Source: an uncultured cyanobacterium (GTDB taxonomy: Bacteria > Cyanobacteriota > Cyanobacteriia > Cyanobacteriales > Nostocaceae). From it: 64,000 nucleotides of DNA. Both the position numbers and the translations under genes were made by a program. This document shows, piece after piece, positions 1-11,389 of this stretch (position 1 is the first letter of the stretch; the number at the start of each line of letters is the position of its first letter). The notes under the pieces were generated by a model, which saw only the letters and a list, made by a program, of their open reading frames with translations, ran no database searches and was not told the DNA's origin. Where the stretch lies: NCBI GenBank assembly GCA_963706595.1, contig OY970166.1, positions 2,080,001-2,144,000 of the forward strand. The letters run 5' to 3'.

Positions 1-706
1 GAGCATCGTATTGTTGGTACAAACTGATGAGTTTGAGTAGTTTCTGGCTGTAGTCCTTAGCGTGAACTAGATTACCAGAAATAAAATTAACTGGGTTGTT
101 GATTTCGTGAGCTACACCAGCAACTAATTGGCCTAAAGCCGCCATTTTTTCATTTTGTAGGAGTCTACTATAATTGTGCTGGAGGTCATGAAAACCTGCT
201 TTGGCTACTCTTGATTGTTCCTCCACACGTTGTAACTGACTCAGTGTTAAAGAATGAATTTGGGTATTAGCTAAGAGTAACTGGTGAAAATCAAGTAATC
301 CATGCTTTCCACCAGTTATGACGATAATTGGCTCATAAACAAGTTTAGGCGATCGCTCCAACGCTTTCTGGGTAGCTTCTACAATCGGTATATCCCCCAG
401 CAGTGTAAATATCTCTGGTCGGAGAAAGTTATAAAGATGTTGGATAGGTCGCTTAGAAAAAAGCCCAAAACTATAGGGACGGCTCATGTGTTCAAAGAAT
501 TTCGCTCGCGACACCATTCCCTCGTAGGAATTGTTTTTAGTCAAAATAATTCCTGGGAGTAAAGGCTCTTGCTGAAAAAGTTTAGTCAATTCATTAACTG
601 GGCTTGCTAGAGAAATCTGAGTATTCCACAGTGGTAACTCTTGCAAAATTGACTCTAATCGCAGATTTAACTCATTGGCATTTGTCATGCTACGCATAGC
701 CAGCAT
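1..706 (-). CDS. Sensor histidine kinase, 5' part (runs off the window edge)
   Basis: Manual minus-strand translation gives MLAMRSMTNANELNLRLESILQELPLW...LLQNEKMAALGQLVAGVAHEINNPVNFISGNL, which includes the HisKA H-box. It is absent from the ORF track because there is no stop in the window. The start is uncertain (AAAGGA lies upstream of the ATG at 706). Confidence 0.85.
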   Translation of the reverse strand, partial: MLAMRSMTNANELNLRLESILQELPLWNTQISLASPVNELTKLFQQEPLLPGIILTKNNSYEGMVSRAKFFEHMSRPYSFGLFSKRPIQHLYNFLRPEIFTLLGDIPIVEATQKALERSPKLVYEPIIVITGGKHGLLDFHQLLLANTQIHSLTLSQLQRVEEQSRVAKAGFHDLQHNYSRLLQNEKMAALGQLVAGVAHEINNPVNFISGNLVHAKDYSQKLLKLISLYQQYDA

Positions 707-1236
707 AATCGAAATCCTTTGCCCTTTAGGTAATATTATTTTGCTTTTCGCCCTGAACCGCCATTTTGATAGTTGTCCAGCATATTGCTACTTCTAGCAA
801 GATTGGCATATTTAGTATTCCCAAAATTAGATTACAAATTGATCCATTTTGTAATTTTTTTATTTACGGCTGATTAAGTTTTGGTTAAAAGTCCTGAATA
901 TCAGGTTTTCAAATAAAATTTATCCCAATGTGATATAGAACACAAATTCACATCTCAGAAAACAGTTTTTTGCGAATTAGGGCAATAACAAGTAGAAAAA
1001 CTCTAAATTTTTGTCTTCAAGGTATTATACCGGATTAGCTTATTCTGGCATCCATCAATAAATAATATCTATTTCGGATAATTGGCGACTAAATTATCAA
1101 AAAAGTCAAGCATAAATTATACTGTTAGAAAATTTATCCCAATTATCAGCTATGGTCATGGTTTTTATTTCTCACTCCTCACGATTAATTGCTTCATCTT
1201 GGTCTATCTGTACTTTTGAATCCTAGTCAATTATTT

Positions 1237-2136
1237 ATGCAATCTAAAATATGCCCTCCACCCCTAGAACCTGGTGATTTATTGAGAGTAATTGCTCCTA
1301 GTGGTGCGTTGCGAGAATTTGAAGCGTTTGAACGGAGTGTAGAAATTTGGCGATCGCGCGGTTATCGCATTCAGATTATGCCAAAATTAACTGATAAATG
1401 GGGATATTTAGCAGAAAAAGATGAGTTCCGTCGTCAACAACTCACCACAGCCTGGTCAGATCCAGATTGTCGCGGTATTCTCTGCACCAGGGGCGGATTT
1501 GGTAGCACCCGCATTTTAGAAAATTGGAGTTGGGACATACACTCAGCACCACCCAAATGGCTAATTGGGTTTTCTGACATTACAGCTTTGTTATGGAGTC
1601 TTTACACAGCAGGTATTACCAGCGTTCATGCTCCTGTACTGACGACTTTAGCCGATGAAACAGATTGGTCAATTGAGCGATTATTCGATTTTGTAGAAGG
1701 TCGCCCTATTGCGCCTCTTAAGGGTTGTGCTTGGGGCGGTGGAATTGCTACAGGTCTTTTACTTCCAGGTAATCTCACGGTGGCAACTCATCTTTTAGCT
1801 ACATCGATTATCCCAAATTTAGATGATGTCATTTTGGCATGGGAAGATGTCACAGAAGCACCCTACCGTATTGACCGAATGCTGACGCAGTGGCGTTTAA
1901 GTGGTGTTTTATCAAAAGTCCGTGGGATTGCATTAGGAAGTTTTAGTAAATGCGAACCACCGCCAAATGTTCCTAGCTTCAGTGTGGAAGAAGTTCTACG
2001 CGATCGCTTGGGTGATTTAGGCATTCCCATTGTATCCGATTTACCCTTTGGTCATGATAGCCCCAATGCAGCTTTACCAGTTGGTGTATTAGCCACATTA
2101 GACGCAGACCAGGGGATTTTGAGTATTAGTCATTAG
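1237..2136 (+). CDS. ldcA: LD-carboxypeptidase (peptidase S66 family)
   Basis: IAPSG, TRGGFG, IGFSDIT, GNL, EDVTE and FGH motifs. The ATG at 1237 is preferred over the TTG at 1189. Confidence 0.9.
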   Translation: MQSKICPPPLEPGDLLRVIAPSGALREFEAFERSVEIWRSRGYRIQIMPKLTDKWGYLAEKDEFRRQQLTTAWSDPDCRGILCTRGGFGSTRILENWSWDIHSAPPKWLIGFSDITALLWSLYTAGITSVHAPVLTTLADETDWSIERLFDFVEGRPIAPLKGCAWGGGIATGLLLPGNLTVATHLLATSIIPNLDDVILAWEDVTEAPYRIDRMLTQWRLSGVLSKVRGIALGSFSKCEPPPNVPSFSVEEVLRDRLGDLGIPIVSDLPFGHDSPNAALPVGVLATLDADQGILSISH

Positions 2137-2261
2137 TCATTAGTCATTGGTCATTAGTCATTAGTCATTAGTCATTGGGAAGTTACCGTCTTCTCCCCCC
2201 TGCTCCCTTCTCCCCTGCCTCTTCCCCCTCCACTCCCCACTCCCCACTCCCCACTCCCCCA
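2125..2261. repeat. STRR-type heptamer tandem repeats: (ATTAGTC)n, then (CTCCCCA)n-like
   Basis: Tandem heptamers are directly visible between convergent genes. Such repeats are typical of heterocystous cyanobacteria. Confidence 0.9.
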
Positions 2262-2262
2262 T

Positions 2263-3861
2263 CTAACTCAACTGGGCGACAAGTTGATTTTCTAAAAGCG
2301 TGTCATTGGTTAACAAGTCTTCAACAGTGATGCGTAAAAAACGTTGTTCGTCCACTTGAAACAAAATTTTAATGCGATCGCTTCCCGGAAATCCTGGTGG
2401 TGTGAGTTGGGCGATGGTTCTCGCACCGGCTTGATCATTCAGGGGTTTAACAGTGGTTGCACCTTCTTCCATGCGACGAGTAATTAAGCGATCGCCATCA
2501 AAATAAACTTCGGTGCTAGCTGTTTCTGATCCCAATTCCCCCATAATTAATTCAATGCTGGGTTGATTTTCTAAAGATGCGCCTAAAACTAATTCCACTG
2601 GCTCACTCATGGGGTAAGCCTGTCCAGTTTTAATAATAGAATGCCAATTGTGGCGCTGATTGCGACGATCCCAATAGCGCACACCGTAACTATGATAGAG
2701 AAAATCCTTGATTTCCATGCCTTGGGCTAACTGTAATGCACCTTGAGCGATCGCTTCAAAAGGACGTTCACAGCGAATTTTTTCCGGCTGAAAATACTGT
2801 TTTACCCATGTCTGCACTGCGGGTAATTGCACAGTCCCACCAACTAACAACACGGCGTTAATATCTGCAACTTCTATCCCCTGTCGTCGCGCTTGCTGTA
2901 ATAGACTGCGTCATCGACTCATCTAATTGGGCAAAAAATCCCTGTTCTTTGAGGATATTGTCTAAAACTTCGCGGTTGAGTGACAATTCATAGCTTTCAA
3001 AATGTCTCATCATCAAAATAAACTTCACTAGCTTGGTTTTGGGTTGATAGCTGAATTTTGACCCGTTCAGCTAATCTTGTTGTCAAGGGAGTTACCGCTA
3101 GTCCTTGAGTTTTAGCAAAGTAATCTACTAACCAATCATCAATATCAGTACCGCCTAGATTTTGCCCTGCTTTAGCCAGTACACGGGCTGTTTTAGCTTT
3201 TTGTCGTGAATCTGTCAGCCAGAGATTTATTACCCCATTTGAGGAGAAATCCCACAGGCTTTTGATTCTGCACACTTTGATCCAAACGTACCAGGGATAA
3301 GTCTAAAGTCCCACCGCCAAAGTCAATCACCAAGAGAATTTCTTGGTCTGCTAAACCATAACCCAAAGCGGCGGCTGTGGGTTCATCTAGCATCTGCACC
3401 TTTCCACAGGAAGGGCTTGGCAAACTTTGCTTAACCAGTGACGATAAGCTTCAAAGCTGTCTACGGGTACTGTTAATACTAGAGAATCTAAACCGCCTTG
3501 CATAGGGATAAGTTTTTCAATTACCTTGAGTGAGGAATAATTGCCCTACTTGCTCAAAGGTGATATTTTCTCCATCTATTTCTGGTAGAAAACCTTGAAT
3601 ATCCGCACCAATTCCCCGTTTGAAGCTGCGGAAAAATCGCGTGTCATTCTTGAGGTCAAAACCGCGATCGCGTACTTCTTGCCCTACTAAAACTTTACCC
3701 TGTGTTGCATCTTCTACATACACTAGGCTGGGAATTAGTGGCGGGTTGAGGCTTTGCTGAATTGATAAACCCGGTATAGTCAGGGTTTCAGGTTGCTGGG
3801 TGACGGGGTTCCAGCGAGCAATGACTGTGTTGCTTGTACCAAAATCGATAGCGATCGCCAT
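2263..3861 (-). pseudogene. Hsp70/DnaK-like family protein, interrupted by about 5 single-base frameshifts (pseudogene or sequencing errors)
   Basis: Fragments carry AIDFGTSNT, DEPTAAALGYG, IDFGGGTLD, GGTDIDDWL and LVGG in order across frames. Indels lie near 3524, 3401, 3210, 3000 and 2908. Confidence 0.85.
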
Positions 3862-3939
3862 ATTGGTTTAATTATCTCACGCATTAGCGAAGCGAAGTAC
3901 GAAGTACGTTAGGCGCAAAGGCGCAAAGTGTTTTTAAGA

Positions 3940-4887
3940 TTATTGTCCCATAAGCCACCAAGAGCGCAAATGAGCGATCGCTTCTTCTTTGTGTTTGGCT
4001 TCGACTTCTATCCAGGGGGCTTGGTGGTAAACTTGGGGCATAGCGGTGATTAAATTACTGTGCTTTCTGTCGTTAAAAGCGGTGTCACCATTGGAAATGT
4101 GAACTAATTGCCAATCTGGGTTTGCCCAAGTTTCTCGCGCTGCGTAAAACATAGCGGCTACACTGGGATGATCGTAGCTATCTAATTTTTCATGGCAAAT
4201 TTGGTGATGGGCATCGAATACCATGGGGATGCCTGTCTGCTCACACACTGCTAAAATTTCTTCAGAACTATAAGCGTATTCATCGTTTTCTAGAGTTAAA
4301 CGATTTTTAATTGCTTCTGGCAATTCTGAGATTACCTGAATTAGTTCGGCTGGGCGTTGAGATTTTCCGCCGTGAATATTCATCAATGACCAAGGTGAAC
4401 GAGGTAAGCCTAATAAGTCCAGTGTCCGGGCGTGTCGTTCTAAAATTTTAATACTTGTTTTGACAATTTCGGTAGAATCAGAACTCAGTACTACATATTG
4501 GTCTGGGTGCAGCACCATTCTAATATCCAATGCTTGCGCCTTTTGACCAATTTTACTTAAATTTTCGGTCATTTCCTCTAATATATTCGCTCCGATATCG
4601 TCTTCCATGTCACTCATGGGAAATAAAGCCGAAGTCATGCGATACAGCCGAATATTATTTTCTTGACAAAAAGACAATGCTGCATCTAAGCGCTGCAAGT
4701 TATCTTGATAGAGTTCTCTGAGAACAGTTTCGCGATCGCTCAGAGAAAGTTTCAAGTAACGCGTGCGTGTTATAGTCCGAAAACGCACCTGCTTGGATAC
4801 AGTAATACAAACCAGCCCTAAATATGGTGGAGATGGTTTTTGTGCTGGCTCTAGATGCGGTTGATTTTGAAATTGGATTGCAGTCAT
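3940..4887 (-). CDS. uvsE: UV DNA damage repair endonuclease
   Basis: LGLVC, RLYRMTS, HPDQYVVL, IHGG, LENDE, FDAHH and EVEAKHKE motifs. Confidence 0.92.
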   Translation of the reverse strand: MTAIQFQNQPHLEPAQKPSPPYLGLVCITVSKQVRFRTITRTRYLKLSLSDRETVLRELYQDNLQRLDAALSFCQENNIRLYRMTSALFPMSDMEDDIGANILEEMTENLSKIGQKAQALDIRMVLHPDQYVVLSSDSTEIVKTSIKILERHARTLDLLGLPRSPWSLMNIHGGKSQRPAELIQVISELPEAIKNRLTLENDEYAYSSEEILAVCEQTGIPMVFDAHHQICHEKLDSYDHPSVAAMFYAARETWANPDWQLVHISNGDTAFNDRKHSNLITAMPQVYHQAPWIEVEAKHKEEAIAHLRSWWLMGQ

Positions 4888-4918
4888 TAACTAAAATTAA
4901 TAAATAAATTATCCATAT

Positions 4919-5102
4919 TGTGGGGTGGGCATACTTCGACAAGCTCAGTACAAGTCTTGCCCGCCCTGATTAAGGGACGGGTGGGGACACAATTGATTCT
5001 ATCCCCCTAAATCCCCCTTAAAAAGGGGGACTTCAATAAATTTCCCCCCCTGCTCCCTGCTCCCTGCTCCCCTGCCTCTTCTCCCTGCTCCCTTGCCTCT
5101 TT
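4919..5102. repeat. Cluster of dispersed palindromic and STRR repeats
   Basis: GTGGGGTGGGCAT...CTTGCCCGCCC with a nested ACTTCGACAAGCTCAGTACAAGT, a TCCCCCTTAAAAAGGGGGA hairpin, and (CTCCCTG)n. Confidence 0.75.
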
Positions 5103-5103
5103 C

Positions 5104-5829
5104 TCACGCTTCTGGTTCAATACCCAAAGCACGCAATTGTGCTGTTAAGCGTTCAGCCCTTTGGCGCTCCTGTTCTGCTCTTTCTTCACCAGTCAACAAC
5201 AAATTACCTTGCAAATCCCAGCAGCGCAGCCAGGGTAATTCCATATTGTGATATGAGTCCTGCCATATACCTAACTCAACACCTAAATGAGGTATGGGAT
5301 AATGCCCACGCTCATTTGCTGGTAATGGCTGATACTGTCCCTCAATTAAGTGATAAACTTCTACACTGGCTTTATTCACTTCATAAATGCCATAGAAGGG
5401 AGGACGAATCACCTGCTCATAAATCCAAAATTTTCCCTTCCAAGGAGTTTTGTCTCGCTCCTCGCTACCATCTCCAGAGACAAATTCTAAAACAATCAAA
5501 GGGGCAATAAATTCTCGCCACAGCACGTAAGAGCGTCGTGTTTGTCCATCCAGTAAGGGCGGTACATTCGGGACATAAAACCAGTCGGGAGCTTCTGCGC
5601 CTTTTTCTGGGGGGTCAGTCATGCGCCAGTAAATACCGCTATCTTGACCAATACAGTACTGCCCATCGGGGTGAAGTTTTTGCAGTATTGGTTTAATAGA
5701 ATCGGTTAGTAGAATGCTTTGAGGATGTTCCTGGAAGTTTTTCACAAATGTGCCATCAGACTCTGGTAGCTGAGTATGGTCAGGAAAAGGGGTGAGTTCT
5801 TCAGTGGCTGGATTGGTTGCAGAGGTCAT
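5104..5829 (-). CDS. Uma2 family endonuclease
   Basis: PDHTQLPESDG, APDWFYVP and VLEFVS motifs, plus a C-terminal RAEQERQRAERL tail. Confidence 0.9.
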   Translation of the reverse strand: MTSATNPATEELTPFPDHTQLPESDGTFVKNFQEHPQSILLTDSIKPILQKLHPDGQYCIGQDSGIYWRMTDPPEKGAEAPDWFYVPNVPPLLDGQTRRSYVLWREFIAPLIVLEFVSGDGSEERDKTPWKGKFWIYEQVIRPPFYGIYEVNKASVEVYHLIEGQYQPLPANERGHYPIPHLGVELGIWQDSYHNMELPWLRCWDLQGNLLLTGEERAEQERQRAERLTAQLRALGIEPEA

Positions 5830-5961
5830 AAAGCTACCTTTGCTTAGGAGTGAGGGTTGTATTTAGTCTAGCAATAAACATTAATTAGATTTTTGGTCAG
5901 CTTACTAAGGGGAGATGAAGTAGTGGGTAAAGATAAGTCGCAAATTGTGGAACCCGTGTTT

Positions 5962-6351
5962 CTAACCCTCTTTCATCTGTAATCCCACTGACACGGAATC
6001 AAAATTCTGGGGAAAATGCGTGCTGCGATCGCAATCGGCTTTTTCCAGTTTCGCTCCCTGAAGATTAGCTTGACGCAGATCAGCCGAAAACAACAAAGCT
6101 CCCCGAAGATCAGCATCTTGTAAATTAGCTTGACTGAGATTGGCAAAGCTGAGATCACAGCCTCTGAGATTAGCACCATTAAGATTAGCTTCACTCAAGT
6201 CAGAGTAGCTGAAGTCAGAACCTTTGAGATCCACACCTTGCAAGTCAGCATTACTCAAGTTAACTTCACTAAAATTGCGTTTCCCTTCTGCATAGCTTTC
6301 TAGGAGAGTCACAGCAGTATTAATGATCTGTTGAGAGTTTGTTTCAGACAT
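5962..6351 (-). CDS. Pentapeptide repeat protein
   Basis: Tandem A(D/N)LxX pentapeptides. Confidence 0.9.
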   Translation of the reverse strand: MSETNSQQIINTAVTLLESYAEGKRNFSEVNLSNADLQGVDLKGSDFSYSDLSEANLNGANLRGCDLSFANLSQANLQDADLRGALLFSADLRQANLQGAKLEKADCDRSTHFPQNFDSVSVGLQMKEG

Positions 6352-6510
6352 ATAACCGCCTCACAGCTTGTCTCAGGATTACTGTACACCACACTCATTC
6401 ATCATAAGACTGCTGATGCCCAAATCGGCAGATCATCAAAAATTGGGCGATCGCCTCCTCTAGGTGCGCTCCGGGCGATCGCTTGTTTTTTTACAGTATT
6501 TTCCACAGAA

Positions 6511-7044
6511 TCAGTCATCAGCATCAGTATCATTTATGTCCTGTAACCGATGGTCAGCCTTAATCGCATTCGCACACATCCAATCACTGGGCGTAATTGC
6601 TGGCCATCCCCTTCGCACAGCTTCGGGACAAATAGTATAAATTGTTAGCTGACAGTCGATTAACTCTAACCCCGATTTATCCACCTGTTTCAATGCTTGC
6701 TTAAAGATAGAATTATTCTCAAATTCGATAGTCATATTGCATTGGGCGCAAACCATGTGATGATGATGATGAGGAGAAGCTGTATTTAGTTCATAGTGTT
6801 TATGTACTTCTGCCAACTCCAACTCCCGGAGAATACCCATGCGTGACATCAGTTTCAGCGTCCGGTAAATTGTCGATAGACTAATATTTTCTCCCCGCTT
6901 TCCCAGCAAATCGAAGACATCTTCAGCACTCAAATGTTTACCACGCGTCAGATTCTGAAACACTTGTAAAATTATTTCCCTTTGGGGAGTTAGCCTCCAA
7001 CCCTTGGCATTGAGTTCAGCTTTTAAAGAATTTGCAGTATACAT
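6511..7044 (-). CDS. fur: Fur family transcriptional regulator (FurA-like)
   Basis: SLKAELNAKGWRLTPQRE, HLSAED, SLSTIYRTL and HHHHHMVCAQC motifs. The likely start is the ATG at 7044. Confidence 0.9.
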   Translation of the reverse strand: MYTANSLKAELNAKGWRLTPQREIILQVFQNLTRGKHLSAEDVFDLLGKRGENISLSTIYRTLKLMSRMGILRELELAEVHKHYELNTASPHHHHHMVCAQCNMTIEFENNSIFKQALKQVDKSGLELIDCQLTIYTICPEAVRRGWPAITPSDWMCANAIKADHRLQDINDTDADD

Positions 7045-7077
7045 AGCTACAGCCAGATTTTTTTGATCGGTGCTTTC

Positions 7078-7096
7078 GAGAATGATAATCTCTATT
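7078..7096. promoter_or_regulatory. Fur-box-like operator upstream of fur
   Basis: GAGAATGATAATCTCTATT matches the 19-bp Fur consensus GATAATGATAATCATTATC at 15/19. Further TGAGAAT half-sites lie near 7143 and 7307. Confidence 0.6.
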
Positions 7097-7421
7097 TTAG
7101 AGTCTCTTTTCTCAGAAAAGTAAATTATTGAGCAGAATTTATTGAGAATAATATCATATAACTTCACAATAGCAAGTTGTGATTTTTTGGTAATTTTTTC
7201 TGTCTAACTCTTCGCATTCAAAGCATTGAGCCATTAGCAATTAGCTATATTATAGAGAATTTTTATAAGTAATACTTTTCGGCTCTGGCGTTACTTTTAT
7301 GGTAATTGAGAATTTATCATCACAAAACCTTTACGTGGCAAGGTTTCTAAAGAATTATCCTCTTTTTTAAAATAAACAGCCCACAGAGTAAGGCTTTCAA
7401 TGATTTTGAGCCAGGTTTTTC

Positions 7422-7535
7422 ATACAGCAAGTTCCAGGTATATGAGGTACAAAAGCAATAGTGAAAATATTGTGGGGTGGGCATCCTGCATCCTGCCCGC
7501 CTTTGTGTACCTCACCAAAATGAAATGTGCTGTAT
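7422..7535. repeat. MITE/REP-like element with nested inverted repeats
   Basis: ATACAGCA...TGAGGTACA and TGTACCTCA...TGCTGTAT inverted ends surround a GTGGGGTGGGCATCCTG...CCCGCC core. Confidence 0.65.
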
Positions 7536-7697
7536 ATCAATTTCTGTATTTTTGCCTCCCAAAAAGAAAAAATTATTGGGACTGTTGATTAAACCAAAGC
7601 CGCAACATCATGTCAATCAGAGGATGTCAACCCAATTCGCAATTACTAATAGAGCCTCCGCCAAGCTACGCGAACTGCGAATTGTTTTAGTCAATCT

Positions 7698-9893
7698 TCA
7701 CACGGCTGAATCATAATAACTGTTTGAATTATGCTTATCACCATTAGCAACTACACCTAAAAGATTAATAGGAGCTATTTTCAAATCAGCTATTACCCTC
7801 TCCAACACAGAACGATCAGTTTTATCTATTCTTGCTACCACCAAAAGACCATCTGTTTGCGAACCTACCAAAGTAGTATCAGCTAGTCCCACTAAAGGAG
7901 GAACATCATAAATAACCAAGTCAAAGTTGTTTTGAAAATCTGCCATCAGTCGCTTCATTTTTTCCGACGAGAGCAACTTTGCACAATCAGGTGGGGTCGG
8001 ACCAGAAGTAATTATAGATAATTCGTTCATAGAAGGTAGTCGTTTTATTACCTGCTCAACTGGCAAATTTGAACTAATTAAATTACTCAATCCCCATAGG
8101 TTATTTAAACTTGCTAAGGTATGAATCTTGGGTCGGCGCATATCAGCATCTACAAGTAATACTCGCTGCCCCATCTCTGTCGCTATTTGAGCCAGATGAA
8201 AAGCAATTGTAGATTTGCCGTCACCTTGCATCGGTGAAGTAATAGTAATAGACCTGATTTGACTATCAGAATTTAACAATTGAATATTTGTATAAAGCAT
8301 CCGGACAGCTTCTACAAAGTTGCTGGAATAGTCGTTATAGCCTGCTAGATATTCTATATTACTTGCTTCAGTAATAGCTTCAGGAACTGAATCTGAGAAC
8401 TGAAGCACGGCATTTTGTGATTTAATTATTTTCGGTTGCTCGATTTCCAATTCGCAATTGAAGGGAATATTGCCTAATAAAGGAGTTTTTACCCTTTCTT
8501 TAATACTCCAGGCGTTGTGATAGGTATGATCAAGCTTTTCTATGAGTAACGCTGCACCAATACCCAAGAAGGTACTTGTGGCTAATCCTAGAATAATATC
8601 ACGGATAATACCTGAAGACACCACAGGATTTGTTGGCTGGCTGGGTGCTTGAATCAATTGCCAACCTATTTCTGTCTGAGAATTTTGAATTTGCAAATTT
8701 TCGCGGCTAGATAAAAACCGATTCAGACTTTCAGTGGCAATTGTTAATCTACCTTGTATTTCGGTATGTTGTCGGATTAATTCTGGTAATTGTGTGCTTT
8801 GTTGTAGCAATATTTGTTGGTTTCTTTCCAGTTCTTGCCTGTTAAGCTCTAAAGACTGAAGTGTAGAAGCTGCTTCTGCTCGCAGAGTTCGTATATATCG
8901 TTCCGATTCTTCCTCTATTAATGGGATGAGGTTATCCCGTTTCTCCTTTAATGTGATGATATTGGGATTTTCGTCTCGAAAAATAGTGGATGTAGTGGCA
9001 ATTTGAATAACTAATTGACGCAATTCAGTATTTAACTCCTGATACACAGGATACCTATCCAGCAGTGCTTTTTCGCCCTCTTCACTTTGTAAAAAAGCGA
9101 AATTAGCACGAGCTTTCGCTAGCTGTAGCTCAAGTTCTTGCTTTTGTTGAGTGAAGTTAACAGTTTGTGTAGCAATTTGACTGGCAACGGATTCTGGGCT
9201 AAGAAAATTATATCTTTGTTGAAAAATTTGCAATTCTCTCTGAACCTGATCTACTCGATTTTGTAGAGATGGTAGTTCTCTATTAATGTATTGCAATCCT
9301 TGACCTAGTGAAGCTTCCCGTTGCTCCTTACTGTATTCTAAATAGTCTTGAGCAATTTGCTCTAATACTTGCTTCGATTCTAATGGATCTTGACTCCGAT
9401 AGCGCACTTCTAAAATCTTGGTTTGACCTAAACGGGCAATATTTAAAGAAGTGATCAGATAGTTATAGTTAATGTATGGATAGGTAGCTTGTAACTGCTT
9501 AATGCTATTATTAATCAGATCAGGACTCTTGAGGACTAGAATTTGACTTTCATAATCTAAACTAGATTGATTAGATGACCTCAATGGGCTAATTTGACTG
9601 ACAATATCACTGACTTTATTATCGTATGATACAGGTTCAATAAGCATCTGAAACCTGCTTTCGTATTGTAGTGGTTTGGGATTTAATATCAAGTTGATAA
9701 CAACACCTGTCATCACAGTTGTTGTTACCCCTATAATGAGTACCATTCGACGCTTTAACACATCAATAAATTGTTTATGGTCCCATTCTTCACCTTGCTC
9801 TTCATTGCCCAAAATGTTTTGATTTTGAAAAAATGAAATTATGGATTTGCTATTATATGCGTGATTTGAAGGATTGTTTTCTTGGTTATTCAT
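7698..9893 (-). CDS. wzc: Polysaccharide co-polymerase/tyrosine autokinase (Wzc/GumC)
   Basis: Two TM segments flank a coiled coil. The BY-kinase domain has TSPMQGDGKST, LVDADMRRP and YDVPP, followed by a Tyr-containing tail. Confidence 0.9.
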   Translation of the reverse strand: MNNQENNPSNHAYNSKSIISFFQNQNILGNEEQGEEWDHKQFIDVLKRRMVLIIGVTTTVMTGVVINLILNPKPLQYESRFQMLIEPVSYDNKVSDIVSQISPLRSSNQSSLDYESQILVLKSPDLINNSIKQLQATYPYINYNYLITSLNIARLGQTKILEVRYRSQDPLESKQVLEQIAQDYLEYSKEQREASLGQGLQYINRELPSLQNRVDQVQRELQIFQQRYNFLSPESVASQIATQTVNFTQQKQELELQLAKARANFAFLQSEEGEKALLDRYPVYQELNTELRQLVIQIATTSTIFRDENPNIITLKEKRDNLIPLIEEESERYIRTLRAEAASTLQSLELNRQELERNQQILLQQSTQLPELIRQHTEIQGRLTIATESLNRFLSSRENLQIQNSQTEIGWQLIQAPSQPTNPVVSSGIIRDIILGLATSTFLGIGAALLIEKLDHTYHNAWSIKERVKTPLLGNIPFNCELEIEQPKIIKSQNAVLQFSDSVPEAITEASNIEYLAGYNDYSSNFVEAVRMLYTNIQLLNSDSQIRSITITSPMQGDGKSTIAFHLAQIATEMGQRVLLVDADMRRPKIHTLASLNNLWGLSNLISSNLPVEQVIKRLPSMNELSIITSGPTPPDCAKLLSSEKMKRLMADFQNNFDLVIYDVPPLVGLADTTLVGSQTDGLLVVARIDKTDRSVLERVIADLKIAPINLLGVVANGDKHNSNSYYDSAV

Positions 9894-11389
9894 ATATTGA
9901 TGTAGTAGTGATGAATTTTGGTAGTAGTCTATCAGTATTAATTGCAGGTAAATCAATCAATATTCGCTTTTACTTAAGCATCAATTCTATATGTTTTTAG
10001 CCACTTATGTACAAACAAATTCTGTTATTTGAATAGCTAATTTTGTCTCTTGATATTTCTGAATATTTATGTGTAATTGCTACCTTAGCACTAGCCATTT
10101 GATTCATATTCTTTACTTAAACTCAGTTATTCATAATTTACTTATACATTTTGACCATGTCAACATATAAAGATCAAGAAAATCAAAAACTCAGGTTATT
10201 TTGGCTAGAAAATTGCAACATTTGACCGATCTTATCTTTACCGATATTGCATGGTAACTTTCAGCCAGAGATTCTAAATCTCGAAGTGTTAGCGTTAGCA
10301 ACTTGATTTAAGTATCCGCGATAAGTCTTAACTTGACTGGATGCTTAAGCCCTTAATTAGTCTACCCTGTGGAATGTGGCACGGAAATTCCCTGCTTGTT
10401 AACGCAGCTTCTCTGGTAAAGTTACCAGCAGCGCAATTGTGTTGCTGTTTTTCATGGGTTTTCGGCATTTTTTTATCCCCTGTTTCAGTAGAAAAAATAG
10501 CATTATTTGGTATTAAAAAGCAGATCATTATATGTTTAGCTTGGTCTGTGTATAAGTAGATAAGTGTCAGGCTTGCCGGCAAGATGTCTGCACTACATTT
10601 TATATTTAATTCAAACTACCTAAGAGATGGGCGCGAAAATTTATAACTATTGTAACTCCTGTATTTAATGGTATGGATAAAAAGCATACGCTATTTCATG
10701 CTCAAATTTAAATTAATTTATACAGAAAGTTAAAGTATACTATATTACAACCTTAGTATAGCACTCTATATCAGGTAGTTCTGTGTAAGTTAGACGCTTT
10801 GATGATTGCGTAAAAAATTATATCGCGAACATACGCTCAAAAAGTGACTGACAAATTAATTAAGTAAATCTTAAGAAATTGAACGATCAGTGTATGAATG
10901 TTAAAGTCATAGCGTAAGTCATAACTACCCTTGTATCTCAACAAAAACACGTAATGGTTTCCAAGCTGGGGATTACAGCCCAATATGTCAAACGTAGAAT
11001 TACTTAATTTTATATAAAGTAAAATTATGGCAGAGAAAATTAACTGTGGAATATACTGAATTAATTTTTTTTTGATTTAGATATATTTTGTTATGTAAAG
11101 TTTTCGACTAGCAATACGGTGAAAGATATAAAACATAGTATGGTTAGTACCCATGAATTTTGTCAAGCCAGATTACGTAGCTGAATCAGAAATTATTCAG
11201 TAGTGGGCATTATCAAAAATAACAGTTAACTTTAAGGGGGAATGAAATTTAGTACAACACTCTAGTCAACTTTATCAAGATATCAGGGAACAAGAATGGA
11301 ACCTCATTTACCCATGCGATGCACTAATTACTTAAGTTTTTAAGTTGTATTGCCAAGAAAATTTGTTAAATCTAGAAATATGATGATCA

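Noticed and set aside
302..562. Plus-strand 86-aa ORF
   Set aside because: It is a shadow of the minus-strand histidine kinase.
7045..7167. 41-aa N-terminal extension of Fur in the ORF track
   Set aside because: Fur similarity starts at MYTANSLK, and the extension overlaps the Fur-box-like promoter region.
10328..10582. Two overlapping short ORFs in the wzc intergenic region
   Set aside because: They have no recognisable motifs or RBS and overlap each other on opposite strands.
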